From Piedraia hortae CBS 480.64 (lineage: Eukaryota): a stretch of 64,000 bases of DNA. A program made the translations under genes and the position numbers. The DNA is taken from the NCBI GenBank assembly GCA_010093745.1, contig MU005962.1, positions 124,001 through 188,000 of the forward strand, given 5' to 3'. The notes below the pieces were generated by a model. It was not told the DNA's origin. It saw nothing but the letters and a program-made list of their open reading frames with translations, and did no database searches. Positions within the stretch are counted from its first letter, which is position 1, and each line of letters starts with the position of its first letter. Of the stretch, positions 53,301 through 63,744 are shown one piece after another.

Positions 53301-55168
53301 CTCGAGGCAAGCTGGAACATTAACTCTCCAATGTGAAAAGTCTGCTCTCGAAGGAGCCAATTACGGGCATCGGGACTGGTACGGATTATATGGGCAGCGA
53401 GGCGGAGGTACGACTCAAGCATGATGCTGGTCTCGACGCCCTCGACAAAGTCCACAGACGGGGCAGCTTCGTCTTTTGTAAAGGATGTAGTTGTAGCCGG
53501 CTTCTCCCTAAGAGAGGCTGCATATGTCTCTAGCTCAGCGAATATCTGTGCCCAGCTGACACCATATGTTTTCCGCAATCGACCACCAACCATGGCCGAG
53601 TCTTCGAGCAAAAAGCGGTGGGCTTGGTTTGCTGATCCAGCATCATTAGCTATAGCACGCAGCAGTTCGCAAAAAGCCGCGACTCGAGGCGTAGGCAAAC
53701 GCTGCGAAAGCCAGCGCAGAAAACCATACTGTATCCCCTCCTTATCAGACCAATATTCCCGCGCAGCTTCAGGGTCATCCTGGACCGAATAAGCCACAAT
53801 CACGATAAACCTTTCCAGATCAGGTTCATAGCGATCAGACTCGCCGGCAGTAAACTTCAACCGCCGCCGGTCATCCTCTTCTGCCTTTAACCGTCTCACC
53901 GCGTCCGGCATATTAGTCACAAACTGAACAGCAAAATCCTGCAACTTGCACATCGCGAGGTTCACAAACTCAGCCGAAGCGTGCGGAGCATCAACCGAAA
54001 CAGCCGGCCCATCAGCCAGCAAAAAATTCACCAGCCCCAACTTCGCCGGATCATGCCACACTTCCGGTTTCAAAAACTTGCAAGCCCCGAGGATGAAATG
54101 AAGCGCCCTCTCCCTTAGACAACCCATAAACAAATCCGACCTCTCCTGCTCAGCCTTTTGTCGATCAGACACCCGAAGCGCAGGATCCGTAAGCGTGTCC
54201 ACAAATCTCGCACTGTATTCCGCCAGCCAGACGACCCTCGCCGCGGCCCCAAATTCCTTCTGCTTCCACTGCTGCCTGCCACTCCCAGAAAACAACTTAT
54301 GCAAATCATGAGCCACCCCCGCCTGGGTCTGGTACTGATTCCCTCCAAACCGTGCCGCCAGAACCACCAAAACCGGCAGGTAGTGGTACGTAACGTCCAC
54401 CGGTGCCTCCAACGCCGCACACTTGTTAACAAAACTCTTGAACCCCATTTCATTAACATAATCATCCCCGGCAGCGAGGAGAGCGAGCGTCCCTACCAAC
54501 GCCTCATGCTGCGCAGTGAGCAGGATCCTCTGCGCCTCAATCGCCTCAGCTCTCTGTCCATGAACCCCCACCCCCGTCATGACCAGCGTCTGCTGATGCG
54601 CGGCAAGCTTCTTCAAAAACCCCTCCACCTCACCCAATCCAGCCACGCATTTCTCCCACAGCCCTGTCCGCTGCGACGATGCTTTGACAATCGCCTCTGT
54701 CCGCTCAAACCAAAAGACTTTATCCTCCTCCCTGCCCTCTTCGGGGTCGATATACTGCTCAAATATGAGGCGGAGACATTCCAGCATCGTGGCGCGCAAC
54801 TGGTGGAAGCGCAGGAGGGCTTTGTAGGGCAAGGCATCGTCATCCAACCCGCCTGTTGAGGAAGCAATGCAGAGCTTCACAGCCTCAATCTCGTCTAGGT
54901 CCAGCTCGTCAGAGACCTGGATGGCGACGGATTTGAAGACGTCGTTGATGCGGTATTCTGTTCCGTCGAGCGTGATCTTATTGCCTGATGTCAACACCTT
55001 CCTACTATCCTCATCCTTCCCCTTCTTATCAAGCAGTCTCTTGAAATCTTCAATGCTCGCATCAAGTTCGATCGTCAAGCGCGCAACGTGAGGGAGGCGC
55101 TGCTCGACCAGCGCGCTGAGATCTCTTTTTAACCCACAAAGCCGCTGCAGGGGGTCTTCTATATCCAT
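50375..55168 (-). CDS. NUP192: Inner-ring nucleoporin Nup192/Nup205
   Basis: VSDELDLDEIEAV, DLERFIVIVAY, YGFLRWLSQR, LPFPENLGAPNRHAGIDVYIDF and YVRLHPFARVMEW; intronless 1597-aa ORF. Confidence 0.9.
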   Translation of the reverse strand: MDIEDPLQRLCGLKRDLSALVEQRLPHVARLTIELDASIEDFKRLLDKKGKDEDSRKVLTSGNKITLDGTEYRINDVFKSVAIQVSDELDLDEIEAVKLCIASSTGGLDDDALPYKALLRFHQLRATMLECLRLIFEQYIDPEEGREEDKVFWFERTEAIVKASSQRTGLWEKCVAGLGEVEGFLKKLAAHQQTLVMTGVGVHGQRAEAIEAQRILLTAQHEALVGTLALLAAGDDYVNEMGFKSFVNKCAALEAPVDVTYHYLPVLVVLAARFGGNQYQTQAGVAHDLHKLFSGSGRQQWKQKEFGAAARVVWLAEYSARFVDTLTDPALRVSDRQKAEQERSDLFMGCLRERALHFILGACKFLKPEVWHDPAKLGLVNFLLADGPAVSVDAPHASAEFVNLAMCKLQDFAVQFVTNMPDAVRRLKAEEDDRRRLKFTAGESDRYEPDLERFIVIVAYSVQDDPEAAREYWSDKEGIQYGFLRWLSQRLPTPRVAAFCELLRAIANDAGSANQAHRFLLEDSAMVGGRLRKTYGVSWAQIFAELETYAASLREKPATTTSFTKDEAAPSVDFVEGVETSIMLESYLRLAAHIIRTSPDARNWLLREQTFHIGELMFQLASSGIEGRIQASCFNMLSAMLTDKVQEVNDGCWVMLDNWISGGGPADALRPQAPVRIASERHYLQRFNDKPEIATAFVSLLTALIAPSPSQAGPTLDSLPFPENLGAPNRHAGIDVYIDFAIGTVFRLSPSPVVEGLATTEGTVLRYACLDLIYTCLTTFNENLVILANATDVAVDATIKASSLATYVRLHPFARVMEWMFNDNVAAALFDSARWDLNSLDQADENSPMVQTAWKSIQVMNLILDLQTTYLDIVRPMIKMQTLSRSDAVSNSAFASFNDLALTHLSSLGHMISYLASRHVILSLESITLFRKVLSSSKLTGRGDDGSGGKPLGSRLVSTLSHTSDATSSILTHDFSITEPDIELGEEPLKVLKSRALLDMLTTSIDTSPSPSIAHSLLGFNCTERSVAIAPHSAFEEGASLFHSIVICAASTPSAVAQNNLSWLLSLKRGCLSLILKLSSSPLTAEIVKNQLQAMEPLAMLSKTQPVPSLFDGRVPSDLETLLTTSAAAVMDFFSLRELYFQFSSLDIKLNAEGGVYSNLESAASILQGTILFPDGESEATHSIFDLFDFLEVETLPPYEITPHYLKDIDLSVCLREGKYDLQIAEQLFILHTREVKGDVDPQAMEDEIQATLASLRSWNSWRGIDAARGAALSAWTDLVTLLLTTGTFDPAELEGFALRALQITLPHLEKSLGEEGEAATQLAGLVLELVPAVKQESHAARERLLAAFRVSLKAITASDDLSLRETSYRICSIIPKSAHTKQLHEILRPQIERVVATLSQDVGSVAALLFLDAAISIHQATTTSTPKILKLLEKTNLVGVLVDSSLSSAPTLFQDQREISSAMAYFQTAMVVLLRICVTAEGSSLVFNSGFFEAVRESGLFSTDPELGDGEAVKLFYGIMGAVLRVIVAVVMTGNNKVREVGRVFLTENRAVMVGVFKRESKGEDVAGVGRGFELLVALTGWLEGDDYKDRRGGVS

Positions 55169-55215
55169 CTTGACAGTACAGAGGTTGTCGCAAGACAGCT
55201 GCGCAAGCAGATCAA

Positions 55216-55243
55216 CCGCGACGGTGTTACGCGACGTGACGCG
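55216..55243. promoter_or_regulatory. MCB-like ACGCG elements in the 182-bp NUP192/TEL1 divergent promoter
   Basis: ccgcgacggtgttacgcgacgtgacgcgg. Confidence 0.5.
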
Positions 55244-55350
55244 GAATTGTTCCGCCCTCGTGTGTCACTTCAGTTATGACAGGTCCACCACCACCGTACC
55301 CCAACAAGCTACCTAGGACCTACTCTCTCCAACCTAATGTTTAGTGAACA

Positions 55351-58300
55351 ATGCAAGAAACTCTCCTCTCAACCCTAACTTCCCTTCCCTCTAATACGCC
55401 CAAAACCCGCACCAAAGCCCTCGACCAGCTAAAACGCATTTTACGAAGTAACAAAACCCCCCTCGACCCCAAAATCTGGAAGGCTATCTTCGACGCGCTC
55501 TTTTGCGTTATTTCTCTCGAAAAAACCGCATGTGCTGACGCGAAGAAACATGCCTCCGCGGAGGCAAGACTCGCGGACGCAGGGAATGTGTTCCGCTTGG
55601 CGGTTGAGGGGGGGTGTGAGACCTTTAGGGGGGCAATCGTGAGGGTTGTTTTGGGGGGGTTGGTAGAGGAGATCAAGGGTGGAGGGATAGCTCGGGGGGA
55701 GTTTGTGAAAAGTTTGAAGGTTTTGTGTGCGTTTCAGGTGCATGTGGAGAATATGAACCAGACAGAGTGGGGGAGGGTTGTGGTGGGGTGTGTAACAGTT
55801 TTGAGGGGGGAGGGAAACACGGGGGTTACTGGTTTGAAGGGGGATAGTACAGTCGTGAGGCAGATTAGGCATGAGGTTGTTGTGACGTTGGGGTATCTGA
55901 CGGCCGCCACCAATGCACCGGTCATCACAGGGGGTATCGCGGGGAGTCTCTTGGGGGTGTTGGTGGAGTATTTGAGGGATATCGGGCAAGTGGATCCTGA
56001 TGCGTTTGCGGTGGTTAATAATGTGCTGTGGCGGGTTGGGGTGGATGATACAGAGCTGGCGTGTGAGGCTGTGCCGCCGGTTGTGAGGGTGGTTAGGATG
56101 TTTTGGGGAGCGAGGAGAGCGGCACTGAGGGATGAGATGCTTGCGACTTTGCTGATTGTACGACCGTATATTGCACATTTGGTGGGGAGGAATGCTGCAT
56201 TTGGGGAGGAGGTGGATGCGTTGCTTGGGGTGATGCGGAGTGAGTATAGCAAAAGGGTGGATGAGATGCTTCAATTGGGGCATGTGCAGTTGGGTGCACC
56301 TCTTGACAAAAGGCAACGAAGATCGCATGTTGGGTATGCGGTGTTCAGGCTGAGATGTTTAACTGCACGTGAAGGAGTTTCGGGTGCTCGACAGACGGAG
56401 AGGTGCTGGGCTACTGTTACTATGCTGGCATTTTTGAGTAATATCCTCCGGGCCCCAGCTGAAGAGGTGGTAAATGATGAGGACGAAACAGCTCCACGAA
56501 AACGCCCTCGCGTGGCTACCCAGTTCGAAGACCTCTTGAGCTCTGTCTTGACGGGTACGGATGTGCAGAAAATTGCTTCGTTGCAAACTCTTGCCTTTTT
56601 AATGCAGGAGACAGCAGTTTCGACTGAACAGCTGAGCAGCGCAGTCAAGACGCTTCTAACCGCAACCTTTGACGGCAACAATCTGACCAGTTCCTGGGCC
56701 TTCGTCGCCTTAGCTAGCTGCGCCTCCCAACTCAACGCAGTCGATCCCTCCCTCGAAACCGACTGGACTCGCGCACTGCAATCAGCCAGCCAAGCAATGA
56801 GCAATCCCTCCACCTGTCGAGCCTCGTGCCACCTCCTCGCCATGATAATCAGATTAAAACTCTTACCCCAACCCAAACTCCTCGAATTCATCCAATCCAC
56901 AACCTCATTAAAAGATATGGTCTCCCCTCTCATCCTCTGTGACAGCGTCCTCTACCTCCTCCGCACCGTCCTAGAATTCACCCAACAATCCACCGACATC
57001 TTAACTGCAGAAAGCATGCTCAGCTGGTTCTTGAAGATCTACACCCCAAGTTACTTCGAAGATCGAACCGTCATGTCCAACCTCCAATCAATCAGTGCCG
57101 GGGACATTATCCCCTTTTTAAACACAATCCTAGGCCACCAAACCCACTTCTCCCCGATCGAACCCTTCCACCTCTGGGAGAGCATTGCCCAAACAATCCT
57201 ATCCAGCGCAAAGCAACACAAAGTAATATCCTATCTCCTCCTCCTCCCTGAGCAAACCAGCCACCTCAACCCTCAACTAAACCAAACCCCCATTTCGGTC
57301 ACACCCCCAACCCGCAAATCAAGAGAAACAACCCTCCTCGACCACCTTATCCTCGAAACCCAGAAACTATCCGAGACCTGGCCGCCCTACTCCCGCACCC
57401 GTCACGTAACAAAAGACCTCTTTGCCCTGCTCTGCGATTTTGTCTGCGTGGTGAGCTGTATATCCCACTGCTACCAATTCAGCAGTACTGCGAAACAAGC
57501 ATCCCTTAAAGAAAAATTATCAGCCCTGTGGGAGGGTATAGATGGATGCGTCTCCGATCCAGAGCTCTGTCCGCAGGAGAATATGGATGTTATGCTTTTG
57601 ACAGCATCGCAGCTCTGTGGGGGAATATCCTTACGAAAAGAAGACGGGGTGTATAAGCCTACAGAGTGTGAGAGGGTGGTGTGCGCGCATATCCTCGCTG
57701 CGAGTGGGGAAAGGGATAAGGCTAAAGCCTCGCGCCATCTCGATGCAGAAACCGATCTCATGGAGTTGTCTGAAGAGACGTCGCAGAATAGCAGACGGGA
57801 AGTAAGGGGTGAGAGTGATCTCAGAAACGAGATGTATGTGAGAAATTCACTCCTCTCCCTCCGCTCTACGATCCATCTCTACTCCATCACCATCACCAAG
57901 AACTCCTCACGGGTAGTCGAGCATATCCTCAAGCTCCCCATTCCCTCCTTCGCAGCAAGCAGCCGTATCATTGCCCGCCTCCCCTCCTTCAACATCCACC
58001 TCTCCCCGCGGGATGTAGAGCGCATCTTGGACCACAGCATGCGCGAAATCGGCGAGTCTCCATCCGCGTACCTCTTCCAACGAAGCGAAGTCGTGCTCCT
58101 CTCCCTCCTCTCCATTCTAACAGTTTCTCTCCCGGTGTGGACCAACTCCACAAACGAAGACCTCTCTCTCCTCGCCGAGGACATCGTAACGTGGTTCACT
58201 AACCTCCAGAAGAAGGGGGTGCTTTCCGCACAAGTCGAAACGAAACTTGGGCAATTACTCCTCGACCTCTGCAATAACAACAACTCCAACAATCTCAACA

Positions 58301-61300
58301 CCTCCCCGCAGGGATCTCTCTTCTCCCTCTTCACAACCCACCACATCACAACCCAAGTATCCCTCTCCACCCAAATCAGCAGGGTGTTTGACAGCCGTGA
58401 TGCTCTTCACCAGCGCGAAACTTTCTCCCTCCTACGTTCCCACCTCGCAGAGGATGTAAGCTGGTTCGAGGGCATGGCAGTCCGGCTACTAATTCTCTCC
58501 AACCTAGCCGTAAACTGGCCTTCACTGCGCCGGGTGTGTGTATACTACCTCTTCGAGACAGCGGGGCTGGTGGGGGGGTTGGGGAGACATGCTGCGCACT
58601 GTATCCTAAAATGTGCAACAGGACTGGGGTTCAACGATGCGAGGGGGTTGTTTACCCTATTCGCGCCGCAGTTGGTGTATAGCTGGCTTGGGGGAAATGA
58701 AATTGCGGAGCTCCCGTACCGGGTTTTTGGGTATGGGACGTTGAGGGAGATGGTGGGGGGGAACGAGGGCGAGGTTACTGCTCAGTTGCTTCAGGAGGAG
58801 AGGAGGGGGATGTTGACCCAAGTGGCGGGGGTTTTGGGGGTGAGTGTGAGTGAGTTGGTGGCACGGTCGGTGGGGAAGTGTGCGGCGTATGCGATTAGTT
58901 GGGATATCACGACAGGGAGTAAGATTGAGGGTTTTCTGCAGGGATTGTTTGGGGGGAAGGAGGTTTGGAGGGAAATGTTGCGTTCGCATCATGCGGTTAT
59001 CATTGCACAGTTTTATCTCTCCTTGCAGCTTGATGAGATGCAGTGTTCGTGGTTGGGGAAAAGGGAGGAGTATAGGGCAGCTAAAGCTGCGTTGGATGAG
59101 ATGGGGTATTCGGTGGGTGTGTTGCAGAAAACGCAACAGCCGAGTTTTAAGGCGAGATACCTCCCCGATCAAGTCGAGAGGTTGTGCAGACGGACGGACT
59201 ATGAGCCTACGCAGGCGTTGACGAGTTCGTCGTTTGCGCAGGTGGTTAGAATTCTGTTGAATAATATCCAGCCTGCTCTTGGACCGCAGGATACGTGTGT
59301 CGTCCTGCGCAAGCTGCAGATTCTGATCTGCATGTCCGGCGAGGTGGCGTTTCAGGGACATGTGTTGGAGCTGATTGTCCACTCTATCCGCCCCTTCCTC
59401 AGCAGTCCTGAATGTCTCGACGATGTTCTCGGACTACTACAATTCCTCTTCCACCATGGGAGGAGATATTTCCAGGAGGAAGGCTTCGCGTTTGCAAACG
59501 GATTAATCTGTCTAGCAATCCTGCAGATGCGGGAACTTGCCCTCGGGGGCACAGACGAGCAGAACCTCAAGCTAGAAGTCTTTCAGACCTGGCTCATACA
59601 ATACTTATCAAGTTTCGAAAAAGACAACGAGCTCGTCGAGGTCCTCGGGTCGGTGAGTCTACCTGGAGATGCGAGCAAAGGCAGTGCGCAGAGCAGGTTA
59701 CTGCTTCTCTTACTTGATCGCCTTCAGGATGGAAAAATCCGAGTAGAGTACTGCATTCAGTCTCTAAGGCGATTGACGAAAGGGTTCAAGAATCCGCTTA
59801 ACCGCATGGAGAATTGTCTGGGAGATGATGACCTGGCGAGACGCTACGCGGGGAGTTTGTGGTATTTGATTCAGGATGCTTCGCTGGATGAGGGTTTCAC
59901 AGTCTGGGCGAGTCAGGTTATTGGGCGGGCGTACGCTGCGACTGGGCTTCGGCCGGAGATTCCTGACATTCTGAAATCGAAAGAGTTGGGGATGATGCAC
60001 ACAAAATTTGAAGAGAGTAGGAGGAGGAGTCAACAGTTTATTACGGATAAGATTGTGGAGTTGTTGTTGTCGAGTGATCGGACTGAGGCTGGCTTGGCGG
60101 ATTGGACTCTTAGGAGAATTGTTTCGAAGGGGGAGAAGGGGGATCGCTTTTCGGTTTTGGTGGACGCGGTGGAGGGAAGGGTCATAGACGCGGTGAGGGA
60201 GGGGACGATGAGCTACCAGCCGCCTTTGGCGAGCGGGGAAGTTGTGCAGGTACAGCCCAAGGCTGCTGCGCTGTGGCACCCAGCAAAGATGCCAGACGAG
60301 GAGTGGATGATCGCTGTGGCGGTAACGCTGTGTCAGTGGGCGGCCACATCTCCAGTGCTATCCTCTCTACCTCCACTACTGAAAAACGTCCCTGGTTTGG
60401 CAGCCGAGCTTCTCCCCCCAATGATCCACACTTTAATCATCGAAGAAAGCGATACCGACGAATCCGACGCACGAGACGAACTTACCGCCTCCGCCAAAGC
60501 CCATCTCTCAGACGATGCAATCCCTCAAGGTCGACAACGTTTCTTCATCAGACTACTCCTCTACCTACGAACCCAGCCCCTATCAGACGAGTACACAAAA
60601 TCCGACCGTCTCAGATGGCTAGACGTCGACCTCCTTGACGCAGCCCAAGCAGCAGCTAGGTGTAACATGCCTACTGCGGCCTTACTCCTAATCACAGCTC
60701 TCGACCCATCAGTCTATTCCGCCCGTGGGGAAAAGCCCCGATCCGTCCCCGACGACCTCCTCCTTTCCATATTCAAACAAATCGAGGAACCAGACTCTTT
60801 TTACGGCGTGCAGCGCCCCGCATCACTGGACTCAGTAATGGACTGTCTCGACTACGAAGGCGCGGGATTTAAAAGTCTAATGTTCCGCTCTGCACAGCTA
60901 GATAATGTCATGCGGATGGGACAGAAGCCCTCGCCGTCGGATACAGTAGGTCTCATGCGCTCATTGTCTGTTTTGAATCTCAACAGTTTGGAGTATGCCC
61001 TCCTATCAAGCCGCTTCGCGAGCCCCGCGTCAGAGGAGATCATGAATGCTGCGCAGCGTCTTCAGCAATGGGACGTTCCCCTTGCAGAGACATCTTGCAC
61101 CTTTCGCGCGTTCCAAGAACTCACTCGCGCGGTTGACAAGAACCAAATCACGGCGGAGCTGAACCGGCTCTTCCTGAGCCATGTCAGCAGTGCCACTCCA
61201 TCAGTGAGATTCTGTAACGCCCTCGCGACCCTGACGGAGCTTAATGAGGTACTAGAAAGTCCGGGCGACGAGGCGATCAAACTCGTGTGGGCTGCCATGC

Positions 61301-63744
61301 GGAGGAGATGTCACTGGGCACGCTCCGCACGAGATGAGGACTTTCATGCTGTTCAGTCCGACCGGCTCACAACGTTCAGTGTCCTGGCCAGGAATCCTGG
61401 GCTACTCCGCGATTTGCATATCAGCGAGAGGGTTGTAAAGTTTATTGAAATTGAGAATGCACTGTCTCTGGCGCGTTCGGCTAGGGAATCTGGCTTCCAG
61501 CAGGAGGCTCTCTCCGTTGCTGTCCAGCTGGGAAATCTCGCTGACCAGGCGGGAAGGTTGGGGTGGAGGGCTAACGCTGCCGTCAAAGCAGAAACCGCTA
61601 CCGTACTCTGGGAGACGGGTCAACTTACCGCTTCGGTGAAGATGTTGCAGGAACTTGATAAAGAAGATGTTGATGTGGAGGATATCCCCGTGGGAAAGTC
61701 GGGATTGCTGGCGCAGCTGGGTCATCAGCTCGCTGAGGCGAGATTGTTGAAGCCAGACGAGATTCTGAGTACGTACCTCCAGCCTGCGATCAAGCACCTG
61801 GGTACCCGTAACCGCGGGAGAGAAGCGGGGAGGGTGTTTCATGTTTTCGCTTCGTTCTGTCACCAGCAATTACAGAACCCAGCTGGCCTAGAGGACTTTA
61901 AACGGATTGAAAAGTTGAGAGAGAAGAGACACAAAGAGATTGAATCCCTCGAGAACCTTGCTCGGAGTCAGACAAGTTCGAGAAGCAACAATCGAGGGCA
62001 CGATGCGTCCCGCGCTCTTTCCAAAGCGAAAAAGTGGTTCGATCTTGATAATGCGGAATATCAACGATTGAAGAGTTCGAGGGATGGGTACGTGGTGCAG
62101 AGTCTGCAGAATTATATGCTCGCTCTAACTGCCTCGGATGAACATGATATTGATGTGTTGAGTTTTTTTGCGATGTGGTTGGAGAATGCGTCGTCGGAGG
62201 CGGCGAATAAGGTCGTCGCAGAGTTTTTGCCTGCTGTGCCGAGCTGGAAGTTTGCCGTGTTGATTAATCAACTCATGTCAAGACTGGGGAGCACGAGGAA
62301 GTTTCAGGAAGCGTTGAAGGATCTAATCACCCGGATTGTTGATCAGCATCCTTACCATGGTCTTCATCAGCTTTTTGCAGCGACCCGGATACCCCAAAAT
62401 GCAGACGATAGCGCCATGGAGCGATACTACTCCGCCACCGAAGTCCGAAAACGCCTCCAGACCCTCCCCCGCACCGGCGAAATCCTAAAAAATATGTTCG
62501 AAGCCAACAGAGCCTACCACGACTTCTCCCTCAAACGACCCCCCGACAAAAAAGTCAAACTCACCGTCCGCGACTTCCCCCCCGCGGCGGAAATGATCTC
62601 CCGCGTACGTCGAGTCCACGTCCCACCTGCAACCCTGCACATTCCCCTCTCCCCATCAGGAGACTACACCTCCCTCCCAACAATAACCCACTTCTCCCCC
62701 ACTATCACCATCATGGGCGGCCTAAGTGCCCCAAAAAGCCTCACCACCACCTCCAGCGATGGGAGCAGGCACAAACAACTCTTCAAAGGCGGCGACGACG
62801 ATCTCCGTCAAGACTCCATCATGGAGCAAGTTTTCGCCCAAGTAAGCTCCATGCTGCAGAAACATAAAGCCACAAGGCTCCGAAACCTGCATGTAAGAAC
62901 ATACAAAGTGATCCCCCTCTCCCCTCGCTCGGGAATAATAGAGTTTGTTCCAAACTCGATTCCAATCGGCGAGTTTTTAAAACCCGCTCATGCGCAATAT
63001 ACCCCAAAATCGACGCCGTACTCGACCGCCTTTCGAAAAATTCGTGGGGCAGAGAAATCATCACTGAAAGAGCGCGTGAGCGAGTATCGTAAAATCTGCG
63101 ACGCTACACCGCCGGTTATGCGCCACTTTTTTCTCGAGCGATTCGCCGCTCCAGAGGGGTGGTTCGATGCTCGGATGGCCTATACACGCACCACAGCCGC
63201 GATTTCGATCTTGGGTTACACCCTCGGGTTGGGGGATAGACATTGTCAGAATATTCTATTGGATGAGGTTACGGGTGAGGTCGTGCATATCGACCTCGGA
63301 GTGGCGTTTGAAGCGGGACGGGTCCTACCTATCCCAGAAACTGTTCCTTTCAGGTTAACGAGGGATGTTGTGGATGGGATGGGGGGGGCGGAGGGGGTTT
63401 TCCGTAGGTGTTGTGAGTTTACGCTTGAGGCGTTGAGGATGGAGAGGGAAAATGTGATGGTGTTGCTTAATGTGTTGAGGTGGGATCCGCTTTATAGTTG
63501 GACGTTGTCGCCGTTGAGGGTGAGGAGGATGATGGATACCGATGGCGCGGGGGAGGGGGTTGGTGTGGAGCTTCCGGCGGTGCCCCAGGAGGAGGGAGGG
63601 GAAGCGGACCGCGCGCTGAGTATTGTGGAGAAGAAGTTGGGTGGGTCTCTTAGTGCCGCCGCCGCGGTAAGGGAGCTGATTCAGAGTGCGACGGATGAGA
63701 GGAATTTGGCGGTGTTGTTTGCCGGGTGGTCGGCTTGGATGTAG
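55351..63744 (+). CDS. TEL1: ATM-family PI3K-like kinase Tel1
   Basis: TAN-like N-terminus, FAT region (IEEPDSFYG), kinase motifs KQLFKGGDDDLRQD, GLGDRHCQNILLD, HIDLGVAFE and PETVPFRLTRD, and FATC (LAVLFAGWSAWM); 2797 aa, intronless. Confidence 0.96.
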   Translation: MQETLLSTLTSLPSNTPKTRTKALDQLKRILRSNKTPLDPKIWKAIFDALFCVISLEKTACADAKKHASAEARLADAGNVFRLAVEGGCETFRGAIVRVVLGGLVEEIKGGGIARGEFVKSLKVLCAFQVHVENMNQTEWGRVVVGCVTVLRGEGNTGVTGLKGDSTVVRQIRHEVVVTLGYLTAATNAPVITGGIAGSLLGVLVEYLRDIGQVDPDAFAVVNNVLWRVGVDDTELACEAVPPVVRVVRMFWGARRAALRDEMLATLLIVRPYIAHLVGRNAAFGEEVDALLGVMRSEYSKRVDEMLQLGHVQLGAPLDKRQRRSHVGYAVFRLRCLTAREGVSGARQTERCWATVTMLAFLSNILRAPAEEVVNDEDETAPRKRPRVATQFEDLLSSVLTGTDVQKIASLQTLAFLMQETAVSTEQLSSAVKTLLTATFDGNNLTSSWAFVALASCASQLNAVDPSLETDWTRALQSASQAMSNPSTCRASCHLLAMIIRLKLLPQPKLLEFIQSTTSLKDMVSPLILCDSVLYLLRTVLEFTQQSTDILTAESMLSWFLKIYTPSYFEDRTVMSNLQSISAGDIIPFLNTILGHQTHFSPIEPFHLWESIAQTILSSAKQHKVISYLLLLPEQTSHLNPQLNQTPISVTPPTRKSRETTLLDHLILETQKLSETWPPYSRTRHVTKDLFALLCDFVCVVSCISHCYQFSSTAKQASLKEKLSALWEGIDGCVSDPELCPQENMDVMLLTASQLCGGISLRKEDGVYKPTECERVVCAHILAASGERDKAKASRHLDAETDLMELSEETSQNSRREVRGESDLRNEMYVRNSLLSLRSTIHLYSITITKNSSRVVEHILKLPIPSFAASSRIIARLPSFNIHLSPRDVERILDHSMREIGESPSAYLFQRSEVVLLSLLSILTVSLPVWTNSTNEDLSLLAEDIVTWFTNLQKKGVLSAQVETKLGQLLLDLCNNNNSNNLNTSPQGSLFSLFTTHHITTQVSLSTQISRVFDSRDALHQRETFSLLRSHLAEDVSWFEGMAVRLLILSNLAVNWPSLRRVCVYYLFETAGLVGGLGRHAAHCILKCATGLGFNDARGLFTLFAPQLVYSWLGGNEIAELPYRVFGYGTLREMVGGNEGEVTAQLLQEERRGMLTQVAGVLGVSVSELVARSVGKCAAYAISWDITTGSKIEGFLQGLFGGKEVWREMLRSHHAVIIAQFYLSLQLDEMQCSWLGKREEYRAAKAALDEMGYSVGVLQKTQQPSFKARYLPDQVERLCRRTDYEPTQALTSSSFAQVVRILLNNIQPALGPQDTCVVLRKLQILICMSGEVAFQGHVLELIVHSIRPFLSSPECLDDVLGLLQFLFHHGRRYFQEEGFAFANGLICLAILQMRELALGGTDEQNLKLEVFQTWLIQYLSSFEKDNELVEVLGSVSLPGDASKGSAQSRLLLLLLDRLQDGKIRVEYCIQSLRRLTKGFKNPLNRMENCLGDDDLARRYAGSLWYLIQDASLDEGFTVWASQVIGRAYAATGLRPEIPDILKSKELGMMHTKFEESRRRSQQFITDKIVELLLSSDRTEAGLADWTLRRIVSKGEKGDRFSVLVDAVEGRVIDAVREGTMSYQPPLASGEVVQVQPKAAALWHPAKMPDEEWMIAVAVTLCQWAATSPVLSSLPPLLKNVPGLAAELLPPMIHTLIIEESDTDESDARDELTASAKAHLSDDAIPQGRQRFFIRLLLYLRTQPLSDEYTKSDRLRWLDVDLLDAAQAAARCNMPTAALLLITALDPSVYSARGEKPRSVPDDLLLSIFKQIEEPDSFYGVQRPASLDSVMDCLDYEGAGFKSLMFRSAQLDNVMRMGQKPSPSDTVGLMRSLSVLNLNSLEYALLSSRFASPASEEIMNAAQRLQQWDVPLAETSCTFRAFQELTRAVDKNQITAELNRLFLSHVSSATPSVRFCNALATLTELNEVLESPGDEAIKLVWAAMRRRCHWARSARDEDFHAVQSDRLTTFSVLARNPGLLRDLHISERVVKFIEIENALSLARSARESGFQQEALSVAVQLGNLADQAGRLGWRANAAVKAETATVLWETGQLTASVKMLQELDKEDVDVEDIPVGKSGLLAQLGHQLAEARLLKPDEILSTYLQPAIKHLGTRNRGREAGRVFHVFASFCHQQLQNPAGLEDFKRIEKLREKRHKEIESLENLARSQTSSRSNNRGHDASRALSKAKKWFDLDNAEYQRLKSSRDGYVVQSLQNYMLALTASDEHDIDVLSFFAMWLENASSEAANKVVAEFLPAVPSWKFAVLINQLMSRLGSTRKFQEALKDLITRIVDQHPYHGLHQLFAATRIPQNADDSAMERYYSATEVRKRLQTLPRTGEILKNMFEANRAYHDFSLKRPPDKKVKLTVRDFPPAAEMISRVRRVHVPPATLHIPLSPSGDYTSLPTITHFSPTITIMGGLSAPKSLTTTSSDGSRHKQLFKGGDDDLRQDSIMEQVFAQVSSMLQKHKATRLRNLHVRTYKVIPLSPRSGIIEFVPNSIPIGEFLKPAHAQYTPKSTPYSTAFRKIRGAEKSSLKERVSEYRKICDATPPVMRHFFLERFAAPEGWFDARMAYTRTTAAISILGYTLGLGDRHCQNILLDEVTGEVVHIDLGVAFEAGRVLPIPETVPFRLTRDVVDGMGGAEGVFRRCCEFTLEALRMERENVMVLLNVLRWDPLYSWTLSPLRVRRMMDTDGAGEGVGVELPAVPQEEGGEADRALSIVEKKLGGSLSAAAAVRELIQSATDERNLAVLFAGWSAWM

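Noticed and set aside
5321..63744. PIF1, LIG4 and TEL1 as a DNA-repair gene cluster
   Set aside because: They are separated by tens of kb of unrelated housekeeping genes, which is expected by chance in a gene-dense genome.
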